The notes beneath the pieces are model-generated. The model was not told the DNA's origin, did not search any database, and saw only the letters and a program-made list of their open reading frames with translations. A stretch of 64,000 bases of DNA from Dudresnaya verticillata (taxonomy: Eukaryota): the NCBI GenBank assembly GCA_977862235.1, contig OZ374557.1:372001-436000 (forward strand), read 5' to 3'. This document shows positions 24,301 through 37,499 of this stretch, piece by piece. Within the stretch, counting starts at the first letter, position 1. The number at the start of each line of letters is the position of its first letter. A program made the position numbers and the translations under genes.

Positions 24301-25272
24301 TTAAGTGTGCCAGGTCGGTACGCAGGAACCCGTCGCCGCTATGCAAGATAAGCAACGGCACACCGGCCCCTAGGGCCGGTGCGCCTGCAAAGGGGCATTC
24401 GTTTCCGGGCAGGACCACCTAAAACAAAAATAGACATGAATCACACCGGCCGCGTCCATCGCATGTCCAAAGACATTTGCGCTCGAGCCTGCCACCCCAT
24501 ACGCCAAGTGCGGCGGGACCATCTTGATAGGGCGCGGTGATATGTCAACGTCTTCCCAGCCGTCCTTTCAGCAGATCTTCTAAGGCTCAGAGACCTTCCT
24601 AGCGTTGAATGTTGGGTCCAGAAATGGCCCTGAGGGCCAGTGAGCGCGACCTGAGAAACCTGCTCCGGCGCGGAGGCCGTTTTTCAGCCTGAAAGTCGGC
24701 TCCAATGCTAAGTCCAAAGACTGACCAGCGCGACCTGAGCAAACGGCTGTGAGCCGGGAAGATCGGAGTGCATGCGACGGGAGTCGTCGCACTCGAGGCC
24801 AGTCGGCGGTGAGCAACAATGCGCAACTGAAAGGGGCGCGAGGGCGTTTTAGTAGGTAAACGCCGAGGCGCGCCACGCAAACGCCGATGAAGATGTTTGA
24901 CGCCACGAGGCGCGGAGGATGAAGTCGCCCAAAGCACACAGGGGGAAGGAGGAGTGAAGTCGGTTGCGGTTTGCGACGGTGGGTGGGTGTGAGCACGGTG
25001 GGCGGCGAGACGGCTGAGAGCCGTCGTTGAAATAGACCCACGCCCGTCTGGCGCTTAGCGCACTCGATACCGGTCTTGCCGCCGATGACGGCTCGAGCCG
25101 CGTTGACTTGGCCTCGCCGTTGAGACGGTCGAAGGGAGGCGTTTTCTCACGCGTGGCTATTGCGCCAGTGAACGGACCGAGATTTCAAATTTCAACGCCC
25201 TCAGGATTTGGAAACAGCATCGCTGTACAGCTCTCTACTGAGCGCAGTCGCTCAGTTTTAGGAAGGAAGCCG

Positions 25273-25911
25273 TGTGATACAACGAGCGCTGGGACGCTAT
25301 AAGGATCCAAGTTCACACGCAATGCCTGTAAACCGTGGAATAAAAAATGATATGGCCACACGCCATCGGGTGATTGACTACGTGAGCGCTGTACGTGCTC
25401 AGTGGCTGTCTTGCGCCATCATTTCGCGGCTATTTTGGGCACGGCGTCTTACAGTGAGTCCGCACGCACGGAAGCGGTACACCCGCTCATCCCTATTCCT
25501 AATCCGTATTTTATCTGTTAGTCTACAGTACTAGTTCACTGTTAGTATTATAGCTCTAACTGAGAGGGTAGTATCTTTCCGGATCCCGCCGTATTTATTA
25601 GGCCCCTGAGTACCAGAGGCCCCGCATTAAACGGGCAGCGGTGTTTCCCTTGGGGTTTTCCCCTTTCTTGGACTCTCACGGTATCACCGCTACAGATCCC
25701 CCTTTAGGTGTTTACAAGCCGTGCTACCCACGAAGAATGCTCTAAGCAGTACAGTTCGCCTTTCCTTTTCACCTCTTGATCAGGGCTCGCAGCCCTTTCA
25801 ACTCTCTACCCCGCCCTTTAGGATCTACCAACCACGCGAGTGGAACTGGCTTCAGGACAGCTGTCGCGCTGTTTTGCCGTCTTTGTTCTGGCTTGGAACC
25901 ATTCTACTACA
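25273..25911 (+). repeat. 3' LTR of A
   Basis: TG...CA; preceded by purine tract aggaaggaag. Start is inferred because the 5' LTR lacks this portion. Confidence 0.8.
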
Positions 25912-26005
25912 CAGCAGTCGCATTCCGTGCCGCACACGACGCGCCCCAGTGACGCTCTCCGGTATCGAGCCGTTGAGCAGTCACTGCCGGTTACGACCTG
26001 CCCGC

Positions 26006-26526
26006 TGTAATACAGTGAAGGGCTTACAGAAGTAGGCCCTCTGCCCTCGTGTATGCGCTGAAATAGCGTTACCTATAGGGCGCCAACAGGGACAAGACGG
26101 GTAGTCTATGATTGGTCCAAGTCTCACCCGGTAGGTCAGTAGCTTAGTATATGTCTATTTATTTTAGAAATTACAGCTTAGGATAGGGGGCGTGTATATT
26201 GCCCAGTATGAGGGGTGCTGCCTGGCAGTCGGAGTACCATATATGAGGGTATCTCCCGTAGCGGTCACTGTACAGTAAAGGTAAGCACCTTCCGGCCCCG
26301 ACTACGTCTCCAAGCTATCAGTACCGCAGCACACCTGTCACCCGTGCCCGGTTAACCGCCCGCCCATTGAACTACCTTCAGTATCGTGCTTCCAATCAAT
26401 TTACGTGCCCTCGTCTACCCTTTGGGTTCCTCCCACTCTACCACCGCTACCAGGTACCCGCTCTATGGTTTTCTCATTGAGTGCACTCTTTGAGTTCCCA
26501 AGAGACCTAAAAGGTACTTCCTTACA
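26006..26526 (+). repeat. 5' LTR of B
   Basis: tgtaatac...ccttaca; about two dozen differences from the 3' LTR by hand count. Confidence 0.97.
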
Positions 26527-26528
26527 TC

Positions 26529-26546
26529 TGGTCTCCCGACCTAGAA
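26529..26546 (+). promoter_or_regulatory. Primer-binding site of B
   Basis: tggtctcccgacctagaa, 2 nt after the LTR; complementary to a tRNA 3' end ...CGGGAGACCA (Tyr-like). Confidence 0.9.
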
Positions 26547-26729
26547 CTATCAAGGTTGGTGAGCCGTTAAGAGGACGACGAATATCGTAATCCAATTGGA
26601 TATTGAAGAAAACCAACCCACCAAGGCCCCTGTTACTCCAAGATATCAACTCCCACTCAAAGTAGTTCCCGTCGTGGTCAGAAGGCAGAGCAGACCCCAC
26701 TGGTCCCCCCAGTTGAGGACGCGGAGTCT

Positions 26730-28665
26730 TTGCTCCACCCTCCGAGGACTCCTGGAGTAGAACAAGTGGAACCGCCTGGTCAAGCATCCGCAAATCCCGT
26801 AACAGGTAAACCCTCAGCAGGTCCTTCGAAAGAAGTCGCAAGGCAGCCCCCGCTACATTCCAACCGTAACCATTGGGTCAATACTGATCTGATGCCCCGT
26901 CCGATAACCTGGCTACATGACGAGTTGACCCTTCGGTTACCTCAAACGGTTGAACCACTAGTGGGACACTTTCTAGAAGAAGAAGGTCCAAGGACACTCT
27001 CAGAGTTTGCCGCCACGGCTACTGACAAATTAGTCCAGTCATAGACCACCCAGCCGGACAGTAGTCCAATCTATGGGATGCTTACCGAAATGGTTCCCCC
27101 GTTGGTTGCTCAGTCTCTCGAGGCTTTTGGGCAAGCAGCGGACTCTTCAACTGGACCAAAAGCTATACCCACAGGGGAAACCAAAGTGGAAAATAAGGAG
27201 AATGATGTCGTCTCTCCTGGCATCGTTCTACCAACCGAAACTGGTGATACAAATAAGAAACCCGAAGGGGGTTTGTCGGACTCCAAAGGTAGTAAGAGTA
27301 ACCGACATGTATCTCCGCCCAAGAAGTCTAAAAAGAAGAAGAAGGACAAACAAAAGAAAAATAAGAAGAAACATTACTCATCTGAGTCTGACTCATCGTC
27401 AGCTACCTCAGATGGTTCAAGTTCGGATGATTCTTCCAATGATGACCGACGGCGTCGTCGCCCATCGTCTAAAACTACAACGGTCAGGAGGATTAAACAC
27501 CTCAATGACCTATTTACCCGAGTGGTTAGCTTTACCGATTGGATAACCGCTCAAGGCTTTACTCCTCGAGAATCTCTCGGAAAGTAAATACATACTATAA
27601 GAGGATGGCTATTCAGATGCCACCTCTCGTTTCTCGGGGGTAGACCCGATTAACATTTTGGGTTTCCTTGCAAGGTTCAAGGATGCCTGTAATCACAATG
27701 ATGTTCACGAAGGAGCAGCCGTTTGGTTATTACAATACTTTATGACAGGAACCGCCAGAGACAACCTTCAGGCGAGGTTACAGACAAGAACCAGTATGGT
27801 CGTGGACTGCGAAGATGAGGGGGATTTGTTAACAACGTACCCCGAAGTGGTTAATTACCTTTTGGAAACCTATGCCACCGATGAGGTTATTGCGCAAGTC
27901 TATTCTGACGTGATCTCGTTGCGACAAGCCGAAGGAAAAACGGAATGGGACTTCGCAGAGTTAGTGAGAGCCAGAGATCGCCGATGCGGGTCGGTGTTGA
28001 CAGAACACCACCTCAAGGTGATCTTCGTTGATGGGCTCCTCCCGAGTATCCGTGCTCCGGTTCGTAACCGGTTGGCTTCTTCAAAGCGTTTGTCCTATAC
28101 TCAGATTACACAATATGCACAAGACCTTGGGGAAGCTCATAGGAGTACACGTGGGGCGACAAACCTAAAGGGAAAAAGGGGAGTAATCCCCGTCGCCGCG
28201 GTTAGCTTCGGGAAACCACCGTCTCACTCCTTGAGTACGTCGACTGCTACCTCCGAGGGTTTACCAGGAATGGAAGACATTAATGAGGAGGAGGTTTTCC
28301 AACTCGGTGAACACTTATCCAAACAGTCTATGGCTCCACCGTCTTCAATAACCACAGTGGGGTCCCGAGATGGTGCGCCGATACGAGCATGCTGGATCTG
28401 TGCTAATCCGGACCATATGGCACATGAATGCCCATTGGTAACCCCCGCTGTTCGCGCTGGCATAATTGCTTCCAGAAGGCAGAACCTCTATGGGTTAGCC
28501 CAAGCCCGAGCCCTGCAAGGTAACCGACAAGGTAACCCCGGGGCCTCCTTCTCAACAGGTCATCCGGGCCCTACCCAGGCTAGACGCACGGGATCACCCT
28601 CAGTGGAGCCCTCAAAGGCAGTTCAAGGAGTTACCATTGCGGAAAACGTGGAGGAGGAGGCATAA
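26730..28665 (+). pseudogene. gag: gag of B (frameshifted upstream part plus 335-aa capsid/nucleocapsid ORF)
   Basis: Lys/Ser-rich stretch, EGAAVWLLQYF, FVDGLLPSIR, zinc knuckle CWICANPDHMAHEC. Confidence 0.9.
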
Positions 28666-31600
28666 CGACGCATGCCCCCTCCCCAAATATGCGCCTTCCA
28701 GAACCTGTGTTGCGACCCGACACTACGGATAACCCGGACGGTGATGACTATAATGAATTATGTTTACTTAAGAAGCAAAAATACAAAGTGGATCTATCGT
28801 TAGGGGTCTGGTCATCTCAGATGATATCCGCAAGGGGCGTGATCGATTCTGGCGCCGGACCCAATCTGGTTCATGTTAAAATGTTACCTAATGGTTGGGA
28901 AACGCGAGCCAAACCCTATAAGGAAACCACACATAACATCTTCGACGCTTCTAATAATCGAATATTACCTCTAGGAGTCATCCCCTTATATATCCGTGTC
29001 GGCAATCTCTACACGAAGACCCATTTTCTGCTTGTTGCTAATATGCCTGCCGAAGTTATACTCGGTACAGCCTTCATCGATCGACATATCACAGCCATCA
29101 TGCCTGGACCCCGAAGGTTACTCTTGAAGGATGCTCCAGCAGTACCTAACATCGGTGTTTCCATGGGAGGAAGCACGGTTACCAACGATAAACAACCAAC
29201 GGTTTCTACCGAAGTGAGATTGGCCAAAGACTGCGTCATACCTCCAAGGTCACGCTCGTTTGTGCCGGAAAGAACAAGCGCAGCTGGATTATACCTGGTT
29301 CATAATACCTCACGGTCACTACACAAGTCGTTAACCATAATGGCAAACGGTATCAGGGATATCCTTCCGATGGGAAGGTTTACTGTACTAATGACCAATT
29401 TTGGTGATCGCCCTGCTCTACTGAAAAAACTCAAGTAATAGGCCATGCGTTGCCAAGACCTGATCAGGTTTTGAGTATTGGTACTCTACAAGAGAATAAC
29501 CAGTCGGATACCCAGGAGGTGAAATCAAAAGCGGAACCCAGTTGGGAAGACACTGTCCATATAGGTGTCGAAGACAGTACTTCCCGATCCCAAATTACGG
29601 AATTGCTTCAAGAGTATCAAGAAATGTGGTCAGGCCAACTGGGTACCATTAAGGCCACTCAGCACACGATTGAGTTGATGGAAGGGGAGAAACCCATCTA
29701 TCAACACCCTTATAGGGCCGGCCCTAAAGCTCGAGAAGCTGAAAAGACGGAAGCACAACGAACGTTACGAGAAGGCGTTATTGAACCCCCGGGGCCAGAA
29801 TGGCCCAGCCTTGTGGTCCTTGTGTCGAAACCTGATGGGTCTTTGCGCTTTAGCGTCGACTATTGCTGGCTGAATAGTATTACTCGGAGAGATTTATTTC
29901 CGTTACCTCGAATGGACGAATGTATTGACTCACCGGGAGATGCTAAGGTATTCACGACGCTCGACTGTAATAGTGGTTATTGGCAAGTGGAAGTCGATCC
30001 CGACGATCGCGATAAAACGACGTTCACCTGCCACGAAGGGTTATACCGTTTTATCAGGATGCTATTTGGTCTCAAGAATGCGCCCGCCATATTCCAACGA
30101 GCAGTCGACATTATAATGTCCCGGTGCAAGTGGCAATACGCTTTGGTTTATCTCGATGACGTTATCGTTTGCTCTCGGAGTATCCAGAACCACTTCCACC
30201 ATTTACGTACTGTACTCGATCTACTCCGAACCGCTGGGGTTTCCCTTAAGTTGTCTAAGTGCAAGTTCTTCGAAGCTTCCGTCGATTACCTCTGACATGT
30301 AATACGTCCCGGAAAGCTTGAGGTAGCCTCTCCGAACGTTACCGCCCTACGACAGGCGAAACCTCCCACGGATCAAACCGAGTTAAGGTCATTTCTTGGG
30401 GTATGTAACGTCTATCGACGTTTTGTCCCCAATTATGCACAGATTGCGTCTCCCCTCTCCAGGAAACTTCGAAAAGATCAACCCTTCACTTTTGAGTCAC
30501 TGACCGAAGACTAGTACGACGTCTTTGACGATCTCAGGCGTCGTCTTTTAACCGCACCAATATTGGCTTTACCTCGAAAGGGATTCCGTTATTGCGTTGA
30601 CACAGACGCGTGCGACCTTCAGGTTGGCTGTTGCTTACTTCAAGAAAACAAACAAGGGACAAGCTACCTATTGGTAATTGGAGTCGCACACTTAATTCCG
30701 CAGAGCGTAACTATTTGGCCACCGAACGGGAATGCCTCGCCGTAGTATGGAGTCTTTTAACCCTCAGACCTTACCTCGAAGGCGACCGCTTTACGGTTAG
30801 AACCGACCACGAACCCCTTCAGTGGTTGTTAAAACTCTCGGATGCATCGGTTCACCTTGCCCGTTGGCGCTTAAGACTCTCGGAGTTCGACTTTCCAGTC
30901 ACCTACAACCCTGGACGGGAACATCATTTCGCTGACACCATATCACGGCTTTCGACGCCAGGGAGTGACCAAACGCCATTAGACGATGACATCCCCTGTT
31001 TTACACTCGCGGTTGAAAATAGCGCTCCGGGTCAGCTCAGTTTACCTACCGTCCGTGACTTGGCAAACCAGAAGGGTTTACCCCGCCAGGTTAGTAGGCA
31101 AGAACTCCTCGAGGCACAATCAAAGGATGCGTATTGCCAACAGATGGCTAACCAAGTTGGTATCGCTGGATCCCAATTCCAGTGGGATCATAACGGTTTT
31201 CTAATCCGCCAAGCGACACTCGACGGAGCACTCCAGATCTTGGTGCCAAAGTCCCTGCGTCCCCGCATACTATATTTTGCCCACTATCCCCTTCTTTCTG
31301 GACACCCTGGTGGTTCAAGAATGTATTACACCCTCCGGCGACAGTCTTATTGGCCATATAGGGCTAATGACGCATATGCCGTAGTGGGTGACTGTACTAA
31401 GGGTGTCCAAAACCGGGGTACCTTACGGAGACATCAGAACTACCTTAAGTAGTTTCCAGCCGCTGGCCCACTGGAATTCCTTGCCATGGACCTCGCGGGT
31501 CCTTTTCCCAAAACCGAGCATGGTAACCGTTTCGTCTTGGTTATTACCGATCGGTTTTCTAAGCTCACCCGCGCCATACCTTTACGGAATACTAATGCCA

Positions 31601-32690
31601 GCAAGGTTGGACAAGTTTTTCTGGACCACTGGGTCTACCCTTACGATGTTCCGTTATATGTCCTTTCCGATAATGGTCCACAGTTCGTGTCAAAATTCTT
31701 CGCCACGATCTGTCAAGCCCTGGGGTTACGTCAGTTATTCACAACCGCTTAACACCCCCAGACCAATGGTCAGACCGAACGGTTCAACAAAACCCTTGAC
31801 CAGCGGTTGCGTCATTACGTAGCGGATCATCAACGTGACTGGGACAGTTACGTACATCCGCTCACCTACGCGTATAACCTTCAGGTTCACCACTCTACGG
31901 GTACTTCGCCCTTTGATCTCGTCCTATCCCGGCCACCTTCGGTTATACCTCTACAGGGTTCTCCCACAATGGGTCTCACCAATCAGTTGTATTCTCAACT
32001 CACCGCTGCTTCTGTGAAGTGTTTAACCATTCGGAAACTTGAACAGGCCATTGAAACCGCTAGGGTCACCCTCACGGCTGCCCAATAACGTTACAAATCG
32101 GCCTTCGATACCTCCGTGGCACGGCCCTTTTCCGTTACTGTTGGAGATTGGGTCTATCTCGATTGCCCTAAGTTCACTAAGCGCCAAGTTGGTGAACGAC
32201 AGGCTTCTCTCGTCGACCCCGCTGAGGAGCAGAACCTTTCTAGGAAAGGTTTACCCAAAGCGACCGGACCTTTTTTGGTTACAGCCGTTCATAACAACCA
32301 TACGGTCACGATTAAGCCATACGGGCTTTTTAATACCGTTTCGCAAGACCGCATTTCGGTTGATCCTCATCGTGGCCCCCGCACCCCCTGGCCGACACTG
32401 AGGTCACTCAGGATCCCCCATCGGCGCCTCCGCCGCCTACGGCGTCAACTTACTCGGATTTCAATACCGTTGACCATTTGGTTAAGCACCGTGTCACCGA
32501 TAGTGGGTACCAATATAAGGCTCGCTGGTATGGTTACGCCCCCAATGATGATACTTGGGAGCCACCCGCGCACATCCCTCACAATTTCGTGTTAGGATAC
32601 TGGGGCCGGCTTGACCAGACACCACCGCCCGGAGCTGGGGGGTGTAGGCCTCATGGATTTTCGCGGACTCCAAATTATCCATCGTGAAAC
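28641..32690 (+). pseudogene. pol: pol of B (protease, RT, RNase H, integrase, chromodomain) with several stops and frameshifts
   Basis: VIDSGAG; LDCNSGYWQ, YLDDV; DTDACD, ERECLAVVW, TDH; HYPLLSGHPG; MDLAGP, SDNGPQF, HPQTNGQTERFN; YKARWYGYAPNDDTWEP. Stops at about 30293, 30512, 31450, 31750, 32086. Confidence 0.95.
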
Positions 32691-33192
32691 GTCACTCAGA
32701 GAGTTAACGCCACCCAAGCAAAAGGCCTCGCGACGGTGTTATCTCATGGAGTCAAATGGAGCGGCACCAGGTCTCTCTCTCTTCACCTTTTCTACTTATT
32801 TTACGCTACTTAACTACAGTACCACTGTACGCTCACAGAAACCAAGAGCAAGGAGAACTACACAGGGAGATACAACACAAGACATAAGATGTTTTATTGG
32901 ACACTCTTCATATCACCCTTGAGGCTCATCTAATAATAATACTTAGTGGTAACGGGAACGTTTCTCAACCGACCCCTCGAAGTCACCCGAACGTGAAGAC
33001 GCACGGCGACGGGGTTGGAAAGGAGACGCCCGACGAGTCTCCCTGGCGTAGTAACTCTAGGAGTCGCCTCGCGCAGCGCCGCTCGACTCACTGCCTCCAC
33101 GGGAGAAGCCACATTGGTAGTGACCCCGGTAGGAAGGGGCTGCGTTACCTGATAGGTAGAAGAGCCATCTGGAGTCTCCTAGGGCTGCTCCC

Positions 33193-35169
33193 TCATGACC
33201 ACGTTGGTAATGTCCTCCGAGGCAGTGGGTAGCTGCTCAGCTCCCTGAGTCGGCCCCGGCGATGCCAGATCCAAAGGGTCACCGGGTTGGTAGTTCGCCA
33301 CTTGGGTAAGTGAGCCGGCCGCACCACGGCTAGAGTCCTCGGCTGAAGATCACTCTTGCGCAATACCTCTCGGGTGAACTTGTTGCAGGAAGTAACGAAA
33401 CTCGTGGCGTTCTGCGGCATCTCAGCCGCCATACTTGCAAGAGGCACCCTGAGGGTTGCTACTTCGGTTCCCAAACGGTCCATCGTAGCCATGTGGGTAC
33501 CCAGCTGGTTCACTTGGAAGTTCCCCATCTGGGCCACTTACCGGAGTACCCAAGTTAGGAGTGCCTCCTTCGACACCCACTCCCGAGCGGTGTCCAGAGA
33601 ATCCTCTAAGGTAGCCGGTACCGGTATTTTCGCAGCGCGACACGCCTCTTGAAGTCTCCCAACCCGAAGGTGAACCGAGGCAGGTAGAGTCGTCCCCGAT
33701 GGGGCCACTGCTGTACCAGAAGGACCACTTGGTGAAACCAATGGGTTATCTCGACGAGTCACTGCCTCAGGAGTTACCATCGGGGGTATGCCAGTGGAGG
33801 TTGCCCGCGTGGGTGTCGCCAGACGCGCCTCACGCATTTGCGTTACTGTCTCCGGTGCCGCCTGTGCGTTCTGTGTCCCTGTACGCGCCGCAATGCCCCG
33901 GCGCGCGGTCCTCGCTCGATTCGCATGCCCTAACGCCGCACGCGTCCTGTCGGGGTAACCAATATAGGTTGGCGCCTCCTCTTCTTGGACCACTTGGTTT
34001 CTATCAGAGTTCGGCTCCATGTTGCCCCAGCCACGACCCATACCCTCTACCTCCTGAAAGGAGTGAAACGGCGGACCAGGACGGTTATCGAAGGTGCGTC
34101 GCCTACCAAATCGGTCAACCGCTTCGGAAACCTCCGGATCATACGCGACCCAAACCTCGCCGGCAGCCCACTTGAAGGCCTCCGATGCGGTTGGAAGTCC
34201 CGCCAAGTCGTCACCCGCAAAGGTACTACCTCCACAAATGAGGTCAACCCCAAGAGTGCGGATTGACTCAATGAGTGTCTTGGATAAGCGGAAGAGGCAA
34301 CCATCAGGCAGACCATCTTGGGCATGGTAACCAGCTTCTGTATAGGGCGTTGAGTCCCATATACCAAAATAGGCTGCCTGAAGAAAGACCAGCACTAAGT
34401 GGAGTACCTGCTCGGTTTTGGCGATTGAACACACTGGATAATACCACTTCGGCGCGGAATCACGCGCATGGGCTCCAAAGTATGCCAGCACGCCCGGGGT
34501 TAACGACGGCAAGGAGCGCGGACCTTCGATGGCGTGCCACCAGCTGGGTTTCTTCGCGTAGTGATCCCGACGCCGACCCATGGGGATACTCCACATTTCG
34601 ACATTGTGAAACTCCGCTAGGAGATCATCAGTACGGTTGCGAATGCGCGTCTCCGTCCAAATATCCACCGCCCACCGCTCGGTTAACCACCACAGGTCGG
34701 GAAAAGGCTTCGCCTCCAAGAGTGAATCCGGAAGTAACTTGATCTCGTTCACCCATTGGTTTCCCTCAAGGAAGCGGTAGAGCTAGGGGACGTAGTCTTC
34801 CTCGAACCCAACGCGCAACCACTTGAGGTCACTACCATAGTGACGCGGAATTAGAACGCTCGGCGGGCAGTAACGCAAACGCGCAACCCACTGGTTCTCA
34901 CGCCTACCTCAGGGGATCGCCCGGAAGCGGTATGTGTCTGGATTGGCGTCCAAGAGGTAACCTTGGAGTGGAAACTGCTCTAGCACATCCTGATTGGAAA
35001 ACGCCGACAACCCACCGTGGCCACCCATGGGAGAAGACTGTGCCATCGCGGCGTAGTAACCTCCGCGGCGTACGCAAGGCGTGACTGGAAAGACAACGTC
35101 AGGGTTGAAGAGACGACGACGGCGGGGTGGCGAGTGGCGTGGTGTTGGTTGCGATTGACGTGGGACCAT
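33193..35169 (-). pseudogene. Antisense accessory ORF of B (~650 codons, unknown protein)
   Basis: ORFs 34909-35277, 33538-34752 and 33193-33537 are one frame broken by three stops; probable ATG at 35169 (MVPRQSQP), ~185 bp inside the 3' LTR boundary. Confidence 0.85.
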
Positions 35170-35354
35170 GTTTGAAAAACCTTTGAGGTGGTGATGCAGC
35201 GGAAGAGAAGTACTGCGGCGCGCGGGATTGATTGCGGGCCGACGACGGTCATGGGCGTTGAGCCGCCTGGATACCAAACGGTTATGATTTCGAGCGAAAC
35301 ACGTGCAGACTGCCCTGGCGTCCCGAGGACGGGCCCCAATCTCGCGGGGAGCTC

Positions 35355-35873
35355 TGTAGTACAGTGAAGGGCTTACAGAAGTGGGCCCTCTGCCCTCGTG
35401 TATGCGCTGAAATAGCGTTACCTATAGGGCGCCAACAGGGACAAGACGGGTAGTCTATGATTGGTCCAAGTCTCACCCGGTAGGTCAGTAGCTTAGTATC
35501 TGTCTATTTGTTTTAGAAATTATAGCTTAGGATAGGGGGCGTGTATATTGCCCAGTATGAGGGGTGCTGCCTGACAGTCGGAGTACCATATAAGGATATC
35601 TCCCGTAGCGGTCCCTTTACAGTAAAGGTAAGCGCCTTCCGGCCCCAACTATGTCTCCAAGCTATCGGCACCGCAGCACACCTGTCACCCGTGCCCGGTT
35701 AACCGCCGGCCCAGTGAACTACCTTCAGTATCGTGCTTCCAATCAATTTACGTGCCCTCGTCTACCCTCTGGGTTCCTCCCGCTCTACCACCGCTACCAG
35801 GTACCCGCTCTGTGGCTTTCTCATTGAGTGTACTCTTTGAGTTCACAAGAGACCTAAAAGGTACTTCCTTACG
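35355..35873 (+). repeat. 3' LTR of B
   Basis: tgtagtac...ccttacg (terminal CA mutated to CG), preceded by gcggggag, followed by the TSD. Confidence 0.97.
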
Positions 35874-37499
35874 CCCGCGCCCACAGGTAGCCGTTACCGG
35901 ACGTGTCGACACGTGTATGGGCGTGCGCACGCGGAACTTCCGTGTTGGTGCCTCAGCGGCGTACTCACCTTAGAGTAGCCATAGGCGCGTACTATTGTAC
36001 AGTATTTAAGGCCGTCTGCCATCGATGGCTCAGTAAACCGGGCAAGCAACGGCTGGCGCTGATGCTTGACCCCAGTCTTGATCGTTCGATCCCTTTCCTC
36101 TACGCCAGCGGGCGGTTCTACTTTTTCCCTTGCCTCCCTAGGCTTACCTCTTCCTTTTCCTTTCCGCCGGCGTCGTGGCGCCCTTTGACAGGGACGCTGG
36201 GATCCGGCCGCTGCCTACCCGCGTACGGTACGCCCCATGCGCGCTCCGGCATTGACGCCATTGATCCGCACCTGCGAAGCGCACGCGGCCGACACCGCTC
36301 TACCACATTCAGGTACCCATCGACGGGTCTGGATGACGGCTTCGGATCAGCGAGTACCAGACGTCGGATCGACCCGACGTCTATACTACAGGTACTTCCA
36401 CCCCATATTAGCGCGTTGTAGAATATCTCAAAAACGATTGCAGATTTTATTAAACGGGCTTCGGAGCCGTTCCCCGCCCGCCAAGCAACGTTTACAACAC
36501 TCATTTAAATGCACTCTACTGTCCCCACTGTCCAGAATCTCCACTTTTGGGGGGTGCCTTATACTTTCTTGCAGCACTGTACCACCGGTACTTAAGCTAA
36601 AAACAGCCGAACAACGCCGCATGGCTGCCCTATGACACATTGGATACTTTCCCATCCACTATCGGTACCTTCGCAACATAGGCCTCCAAAGATTCCTGGA
36701 CGCACTGCAGGGGCTGAAACAAACACGCCTCTAAGAAGCCAGAAAAAGACAGATAGCCCTAGCAATACATACAATTCGAACTATCCCAGACCCAAACAAC
36801 ATACAGCCATGGACCACGAAACGACAGTGACCAGCGTGCAGACCAACAGTTCAATACCCGGCGGAAACGTCATGTACGCCCCCCGTAACTAGAGGTTGGC
36901 AGCTCACCAGCCCAGGAGGATTTAGCCGACCCAAAGATAATAGTGAACGATTTCGCCAGGTGGTCTTCTTATGCTACTGCATGAAAGAAATACCTTTTCT
37001 ACTCAATGCATCGATGCCCTCGGTCGCTGGCGTGAAGGCCGAGCGACGGCTGATAAATTCTTCATTGTCTGAGCGACCCGAGGCAGGGACCCGAGGCAGA
37101 GTCGCTCAGAGACCCCAAACAAAGGGATAAAGTCCGCCTTGCTGCCATCCTAAAAAACAATTACAACTGGATGGTGCGATGGCAGGAGGCGCAGATCGGC
37201 GCAGCCATTCTGGCAGGAAATCCCAAATGTTGCCAGAAATAGAAACAAAACAGATAAATAGCGGCAAACAGCGCCACTCCCGGTGCGCTCGAACCCTACC
37301 CTCGAGCGCCACCGGAAGCAAATCGGTACTGGCGACCCCGCTAGGGGCACATACGTCAGCCCAGCCCAGTCCGGAAGCACCGGCTGGAGTACGAGTACGT
37401 ATGATGAAGAGTTTGCTAGGCTTTACTTCGCCCAGGGACATCCGCGGTGAGAACGCGCAAAACGCTAGAAGTATAGCAAACGCTACTAAAGACAAAACG

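Larger units (their letters stand above)
13971..25911 (+). mobile_element. Gypsy chromovirus A (old, internally deleted LTR retrotransposon)
   Basis: 5'-truncated LTR 13971-14399, PBS at 14401, decayed gag to 17933, protease ~18200, RT (VDNRKLN, YLDYI) 19100-20110, most RNase H and integrase missing, chromodomain ~20520-20650, antisense coding region, 3' LTR ending ...ctactaca at 25911. Confidence 0.9.
26006..35873 (+). mobile_element. Gypsy chromovirus B, structurally full-length, coding-defective
   Basis: LTRs 26006-26526 and 35355-35873, TSD CCCGC at 26001-26005 and 35874-35878, PBS, gag-PR-RT-RH-INT-chromodomain order, antisense ORF. Confidence 0.97.

Noticed and set aside
33538..34752. 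Antisense ORF as an env gene
   Set aside because: Opposite strand to gag-pol; no evident signal peptide, furin site or C-terminal transmembrane anchor.
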